Shown piece by piece: positions 1-5,700 of a stretch of DNA of 11,610 nt. A model generated the notes under the pieces. It was given only the letters and a program-made list of their open reading frames with translations. It was not told the DNA's origin and did not search any database. The stretch's first letter is position 1, and the number at the start of each line of letters is the position of its first letter. This stretch comes from an uncultured Chloroflexia bacterium. GTDB taxonomy: Bacteria > Chloroflexota > Anaerolineae > JAAYZQ01. The stretch spans positions 1 through 11,610 of the forward strand of contig CAVOXA010000017.1 of NCBI GenBank assembly GCA_963700285.1, in the 5' to 3' direction. A program made the translations under genes and the position numbers.

Positions 1-2
1 TT

Positions 3-28
3 TCAGGGGCAGACATGGCCGCCCCTGA
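3..28. other. GC-rich inverted repeat/hairpin (possible terminator stem or REP-like remnant of the upstream locus)
   Basis: TCAGGGGC (3-10) pairs perfectly with GCCCCTGA (21-28) around a 10-nt loop. It sits at the window edge and has no clear U-tract, so function is unknown. Confidence 0.3.
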
Positions 29-83
29 TATGACAATGGATCAGATGTTCAGGTTGAGACTGGGCAGGTTTTTCCGGTGTGAT

Positions 84-112
84 TTGACTTCTCCGGAATG
101 CTGCTCTATAAT
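84..112 (+). promoter_or_regulatory. Sigma70/SigA-type promoter
   Basis: TTGACT (84-89, 5/6 match to TTGACA), a 17-nt spacer and a perfect TATAAT (107-112), in an intergenic region facing the TA pair. Predicted TSS is ~118-120. An inverted repeat TTCCGG (72-77)/CCGGAA (93-98) straddles the -35 box. Confidence 0.7.
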
Positions 113-344
113 GGGCTTGTCCAACTTCCACATAGATCTTGTAATCAGGCAGACTCGATCCAGGGCGCCAAAGAGGCCTGCAAGAATGGCTCCCCGTATG
201 TTCAATGGTTAGCATGCCTGGTATCACTGGCTGGATGATTTGCACTGATCCATTCGCCTGAGTTGATTTTGTGGCGAAGGCTTTTTCCCCGCACCCGCGC
301 AGCGGGTGAACTGATCAAGGGCTGTTTAAGGCACGCATGTTCGC

Positions 345-350
345 GGAGGT
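345..350 (+). promoter_or_regulatory. Shine-Dalgarno site of the MNT gene
   Basis: GGAGGT lies 6 nt before the ATG at 357. A similar GAGGT (639-643) precedes the HEPN ATG at 649. Confidence 0.8.
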
Positions 351-356
351 GCAAGT

Positions 357-662
357 ATGGAGCTGCAAATAGACATACCCCAAGATCAAATCGCCGAGTT
401 CTGTCGGCGGAATCATATCCGGCGTCTGGCGGTTTTTGGTTCAGCCCTACGCCCCGATTTTGATGAGAGCAGTGACATTGATATCCTGGTCGAGTTCGAA
501 CCGCATCAAACCCCCGGCCTTTTCGGGCTCGCGCGAATGGAACGAGGGTTGTCGGCACTGTTTGGGGAACGAAAGGTCGATCTGCGCACGCCGGAAGATC
601 TAAGTCGGTATTTTCGTCAACAGGTACTGCAAGAGGCAGAGGTACAGTATGCACAAGGATGA
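357..662 (+). CDS. mntA: Minimal nucleotidyltransferase (MNT) antitoxin, MntA-type adenylyltransferase, 101 aa
   Basis: Signature GS-X10-DXD ([21 protein letters not shown]), a downstream 'RKVDLRT' strand, typical ~100-aa size, strong SD, and a 14-bp overlap with the downstream HEPN gene. Confidence 0.93.
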   Translation: MELQIDIPQDQIAEFCRRNHIRRLAVFGSALRPDFDESSDIDILVEFEPHQTPGLFGLARMERGLSALFGERKVDLRTPEDLSRYFRQQVLQEAEVQYAQG

Positions 663-987
663 TGCCATCCGGTTGCGACATATGCTGGATGCCGCGCAAG
701 AGGCCATCGAGTTCGCGCAAGGCCACACTCGCGCCGACCTGGACGGCGACCGAAAACTGGTACTGGCGCTGGTGAAGGATATCGAGATCATCGGTGAGGC
801 GGCTTACCAGGTCTCCCAAACCGCCCGGGAACAACAGTCCGCGATTCCCTGGGACGATATCATCGGGATGCGTCACCGGCTGGTTCATGCCTATTTTGAC
901 ATCAACCTGGACATCCTCTGGCGCACCGTGCAAGATGATCTTCCTCATCTGCTCCAAGAATTGCAGGAAATCCTTGGAGAGGGGTAG
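649..987 (+). CDS. hepT: HEPN-domain RNase toxin (DUF86/HepT-like), 112 aa
   Basis: RX4HXY motif RHRLVHAY (871-894), the 'IEIIGEAA' and '[10 protein letters not shown]' segments typical of DUF86, and a position directly after an MNT gene with overlapping stop/start. Confidence 0.93.
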   Translation: MHKDDAIRLRHMLDAAQEAIEFAQGHTRADLDGDRKLVLALVKDIEIIGEAAYQVSQTAREQQSAIPWDDIIGMRHRLVHAYFDINLDILWRTVQDDLPHLLQELQEILGEG

Positions 988-1030
988 GCATTGGCAAGAG
1001 AAAGACGGACCACAGCGGACTCGGCCGTGA

Positions 1031-1339
1031 GTGAGCTCCGTTGAATATACCACAAGGGCGGACCGGCCCCGGGTACACGAACAGAGTTCGCGGATCCGCC
1101 ACGAGGTAGCGTGGGGCATGGTATAGTCGATCACCAGCATCGGCACCTTGAAGGCCATGCTACGCTCGCACCTGCCGAAAAAGGGTCCATACTCCATCTG
1201 CAGCCATGGGCTGGACGGTTTCGGCACGGAAACCAGCCACATCATCGAGGTTCGAGCGGGGTACGTAGCCTGGTCGCACCTGACCGGTTACCCGTGCGAG
1301 AATGATTACCAGACGGTGCGGCTGTTTGAAGGGTCGTGA
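1031..1339 (+). pseudogene. 3' fragment of a C45/AAT-family (acyl-CoA:6-APA acyltransferase-like) Ntn-hydrolase with an in-frame stop
   Basis: Extending ORF 1148-1339 upstream through TAG (1124-1126) gives ...SSRIRHEVAWGMV*SITSIGTLKAMLRSHLPKKGPYSICSHGLDGFGTETSHIIEVRAGYVAWSHLTGYPCENDYQTVRL. This matches the C45 C-terminal pattern S..R...L..H...P.SIC.H...T...G.PC...Y as I recall it. No N-terminal part or good start/RBS is visible. Confidence 0.55.
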
Positions 1340-1558
1340 CTGTCTGCATCACCCTCCTTGCCCTGTCCGAAGCTCCAAGCAGCTCCGTGACCTGCAAAAG
1401 GGAGCGAACCGGTCTGGGAGATCGCCCACCCGGCAGTCAAGTAGCACGGTGAGGTGTCATGGTCACGGCCCAAAGGCAACTCGCCTGTTTCCCCAGCCAC
1501 CCGTATCAGATGCCCGCCACCCTGGCCACTCTTTGCATGGTGCTCAGTGGCTGGTTCC

Positions 1559-2773
1559 CTATCGAGCCTGCCGCAGGATGATGGGCAGGTAGATCTCCGA
1601 GGTGGTGTCCTCGGCTGGGCTCTCGGCGGGCAGCTTGATTGTCACCGCTGGCCGTACCTCACACGCTGGCAGGACCTGCTCCACTGCGGTGCCCCGCTGG
1701 CCGATGGCCTCCAGTTTGAGCTGAACCCCCTCACAATCCTGCACGGGCAGGTTGAGGGACCAATAGCCGTAGCCGTCCACTACCGTCGACAAGGGCTTCG
1801 ACTCGTTGCCGCCCTCGTCTACAATCCAGGCTCGCACCAACGAGCCCACAGCCGGCGCGCCCTCGGAGAGCTCCATCTCTCCGTAGGCCAGGTAGGGCAC
1901 CGGCGGGCGGGTCGTGGCGTTGGTCGCCACCTGGTACTGCGCCCCACCGTTGTCGTCCACCGTCTCGCCCGAGTGCACGCGGAAATGGACGGTGGTCTCT
2001 GGGGTCAGGCCGGTGAGGGTCACGTGGTGCACCTGCGAGATGGCCCCCTCGCCCCGGTCATCATGGGTGGCCTGTCCCAGATCCTTGGTCTCCCCATACT
2101 CCATCCACCCCGTGCTCGGCCGGTCCGTCTCCCAGGTTACGCTAAAGGCGACGTCACGGCGATTCGCGACTTGGATGTCAGAGATGACCGGGTCGGCCAC
2201 CAGCGCCAGGGCCTCTGGCCCTGACGGCGCAGGCCAGCCTGGTGCCTGTGCCTGCGCCGCACCCTCTCCAGGCGCATAGGTGATGGCGTTGGCACACTTG
2301 ACAAAGTAGCCCTCGTCGTTTCTCAGTTCCCAGCCTGGGCCTGTACCGATGGCATGCCCGTCCCACCAGCCATCCTGCCAGCGGTGCACCTCGGTGCAGC
2401 CGCCGCCCTGCCCTGCCGCATCCTGCAACAGGTCTTCAGCCGTCATTGGACCTGGGATCACGGGCAGGCCAATGAGCGTCCAGATGGGGTCAAGGTCCAC
2501 AGGCACTGGATCTGCCGGCCGTTGCCCGACCTGTGACCACGTGCTCGCGGCATCACATTGGACAAAGTACCCCTGTCCCAGCGTTAAGGGGAAGTCGTTG
2601 AAGGGCTGGCCTCTAGCATGCCCCTCCCAGGCATCCACATCACCCAGCCAGCGGTAAGCGGCTACCGCACTACCACCCTGGCTCGTTATCTCGTCCAGTG
2701 CCTCCTCCACGTCCAGTTGTGGTTCCAGGGGTAAGGAGAGCAAATTGAAGCCGGTGGCCAGCATCTGCCCGTG
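1559..2773 (-). repeat. Copy 1 of the ~1.2-kb paralogous C-terminal cassette
   Basis: Colinear with 7924-9147 at protein level (e.g. NRRDVA.SVTW.TD.PSTGW.EY, VTLTGLTPETT..FRVHSGE.VDDNGGA.Y, VDGYG.WSLNLPVQDC.G.QLKLEAI.QRG). Also similar at DNA level (1692-1762 vs 8042-8112). Confidence 0.92.
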
Positions 2774-5700
2774 GGGTACCATCACCATCACGCTGGCCAG
2801 GTTGTTGGCTCGCGTTGTCTCGGTCAGCGTCCAGCCGGGATCCACGCCCAGATAGATGGTGTGGCTCCCCAGCTCAGGTTTATCCCATGTCGTCGTGAAG
2901 GTCTCTGAGCCCGCCGGATCTAGCCCCGCCAACTCCAGCGCCACGAGCCGCTGCGTATCGGTGAACGGCTCATCGGCCCAAACCTCCACCGGTACCGGTT
3001 CAGACGCCACGCTGCCAACATTGTACACCGTCCCGGTGATCACCACCCGGCCGTCAGCCATCTCTGCCGCCCACAGGTAGTAGGGACTGACCGCCAGGTC
3101 AGGCAGAACTTCTACCGTCAGATCCACGTGGTTGTCGTCCGTGTACACCTCGGAGAAGTCTAGCTGCCCCGTGTTGACCGAAGCGACCAGTGGGTACTCG
3201 CCCTCGGCCAGAGGGCCATGGTCCCAGGGGGTGGTCTGGGTGATCGCCTCCCCTGCCGCCAGCGGGGGCAGCGTGTCGGTCACGGCCAGCGTGCCTGCCA
3301 GGGAGCCCCAGTAGACCTCCAACGTCGTAGACGGCGTTTCCGTCGTGCCCACGTTGCGAACCTGGCTGATAAGGCCCACTTGGCTGCCGCCCCAGTAATC
3401 CACAGCCGTCCCCGCCAGCATCAGGTCCGGCCCAAAGGCGGCCAGCGTAGCCGTGTTGTCGTTCTCATCCCACTCGACGATCGCGCCCTCCGGGTCGGCC
3501 ACGGCGTAGAGGAGACGCGCACCACCCGTGGTGGGCAGATCGTAGGTCGTGGTCAACGTCCTCGTAAAGCCAGCGGCCAACGGCGGCGCCAGGCTACTGG
3601 TCCCGATGGGTACCCCGCCACCGGTCGGGTCGCCGTCGTAGAAGGTCACCGCCACCCCGCCGGCTGCCAGGTCGCCAGTGTTGCGCACCGTGGCGCTCAG
3701 CACCACGCTGCTCCCTGGCAGCGGATGGCTGTCGGACACGGCCAGGTCGCCGTCGGCCAGGGTCAGGTTGCGGGTGAACACGTGGGACAGGGTGATCAGG
3801 TCGGTCTGGCCCTCCGTGGGCAGGGTGTAGGTCACGACCTCGCCCGTGCCCGAGATGGTCGTCGTGTGCTGGATGTCGCTGATGGCCGTGGCCGCGTAAC
3901 CCATGAGCAGCCGGCCGGTCGCATCCAGAGTTGGGGCCGGATAGCCCTCACTGGCCCGGTCAGCCGTGAGCTGCACAGGACGACCCCATAGGTTGTGAGC
4001 CTGGTCGTAGAAGGCCACGTACAGGTCCCGCTGAATCGCCTGGGCAGTGAACACCGCAGCGATATTGCCGCTGCCATCCTGCACGACGCGGAACTCGTCC
4101 ACGCCGCCCACCTCGGCGGGCAGGGCCAGCACGACTGTCGCCGCCGTGTCAAGATTCTGCAGGCGCAGTTCGTCACCAGCCAGCCAGACCAGCAGTGGTT
4201 CATTCGCACTGCTGTAGATCACCTGGGGGTTGCGGTGACCCAGGGCATCATCGGTGCGCTGCACCGGCGGCGCCCAGACGCTGCCGTCCCAGGCGCTGGT
4301 CAGCAGTTGCAGGCTGGGTGTGAGCCAGCCGCTGGGCGTGATCTCCTGGGTGTAGGCGATGAGCGCCTGGCCGTCGCCGTAGCCTGCAGCCAAGTCTACC
4401 ACACCGGGGATACCTAAACCAGCAGGCTCAGGCGCGCTCCAGGCGCCGTCGTAGAAGGCGGCCAGGATACTGTCGGTATCGGCGATGGTCCCACCCAACA
4501 GCCCGGCTTCGTTCCGCCGCCACACGGCCAGCAGGTCGCCGTTCGTATTGGCCACGAGATGCGGCTTCGCATCCAGAACGGTGTTATTAGTCAGGTGTAC
4601 CGCAGCAGACCAGACACCTAGCGTCGGATCGTAGACCGACATGACAATCTCCAACTTCTGGGTCGTGGTCACGTCCAGGGTAGCACTCACCGGTAGCGTA
4701 GCGTTCACCCGCTCCCAAACCGCGACAGCGCCCCCATCGCGGGCATAGGCAACCTGGGGTGCGCCATCAAGGAAGGTGTCGTCCGTCACCCCTTCTGGCA
4801 CCGTCCATGCATCCCCGTCCCAGCGGCTGAAGTAGATCTCATGGGACTGGCCAACCGGCCTGGCTACATCGTCATGCACCCAGACTAGCAGGGCTTCGTC
4901 ACTGCTCGGATCAACCGTCAGCGCAGGTTCAGAATAGGTGTACACGGAGCTGACCAAGAGACTGGTCACCGTGCTCCGCAAAGCCAGGCTCGGAGCTGCC
5001 AGCCTACTGGGCATCGAGGGGCTGAATGCCTGCGGACGCAGAACGGCAGCCTCGAACTTGGCGTAGTGGGGCGACTCGATGTGTTCGATCAGGCGCCAGG
5101 TACCCACCGCAGCGGACTGGGACGGCGAAACCGTGGAGAGGGCCAGGGACGGCTCGAACCATGTCTCCTCAAGCGAGGGGAATTCCAACACCGGTACCTT
5201 GAAGCCAAGGGCCTTCACTTCCATGGCCCCACCCCCCTTTAGCGTCAGACCATCGCACAGCAAGTTGGCATCGAGCCCTTCCTCCAACGCATTCCGCAGA
5301 CACAGAAGGGTCGCATCAAGGTCGGCGCCATAGTTGCCTCGCACCTCCGCCACCTTGATGTCGGCCTTGAGCCCGAGTTCCGATCCCGTACCCAGGGTCA
5401 GGTCGAGCGTGTCAAAGCGGCGCTCCGGATGCAATAGGTAGACCAAATCGGCTCCAGCCCGCCCCTTAATCTTGAACCAGCCCATGGCAATGCGAGACAC
5501 AAAGTTGGCCACTTTCTCCCCTACCACGGGAACAGCCTTGAGCGCAGGGGTCGGGTCTGGGATGCCGATTAAGTACAGCAATGCCAGCCACGAACGCTCC
5601 CATGACTTGCTCACCTCGATCTTTGCTCCTCCACCCACGGCCTCTGGTGTCAACACAAACATATCGAACTGAGCCTTGCCAAAGAGATAGAGATCGCCGC

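Noticed and set aside
15-212. 65-aa plus-strand ORF, and the 80-aa minus-strand ORF 3-245
   Set aside because: No recognisable motif, and they overlap the promoter in a region that looks non-coding.
113-356. CRISPR array or intact tRNA gene
   Set aside because: There are no regularly spaced repeats and no complete cloverleaf. Only the single partial resemblances listed under findings are present.
202-1245. 347-aa minus-strand ORF
   Set aside because: Antisense shadow of the well-supported MNT/HEPN genes, with no recognisable motifs.
1524-1552. Hairpin GGCCACT...AGTGGCT just after the stop of the giant gene as an intrinsic terminator
   Set aside because: The stem is interrupted and no U-tract follows on either strand, so it is too weak to call.
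1454-2224. 256-aa plus-strand ORF, and similar plus-strand ORFs at 3218-3991, 6636-7166, 7936-8430, 8677-9297 and 10105-10836
   Set aside because: They lie antisense to the two long domain-rich CDSs and are typical stop-poor shadows of GC-rich coding DNA. The resemblance between 1454-2224 and 7936-8430 simply mirrors the cassette duplication.
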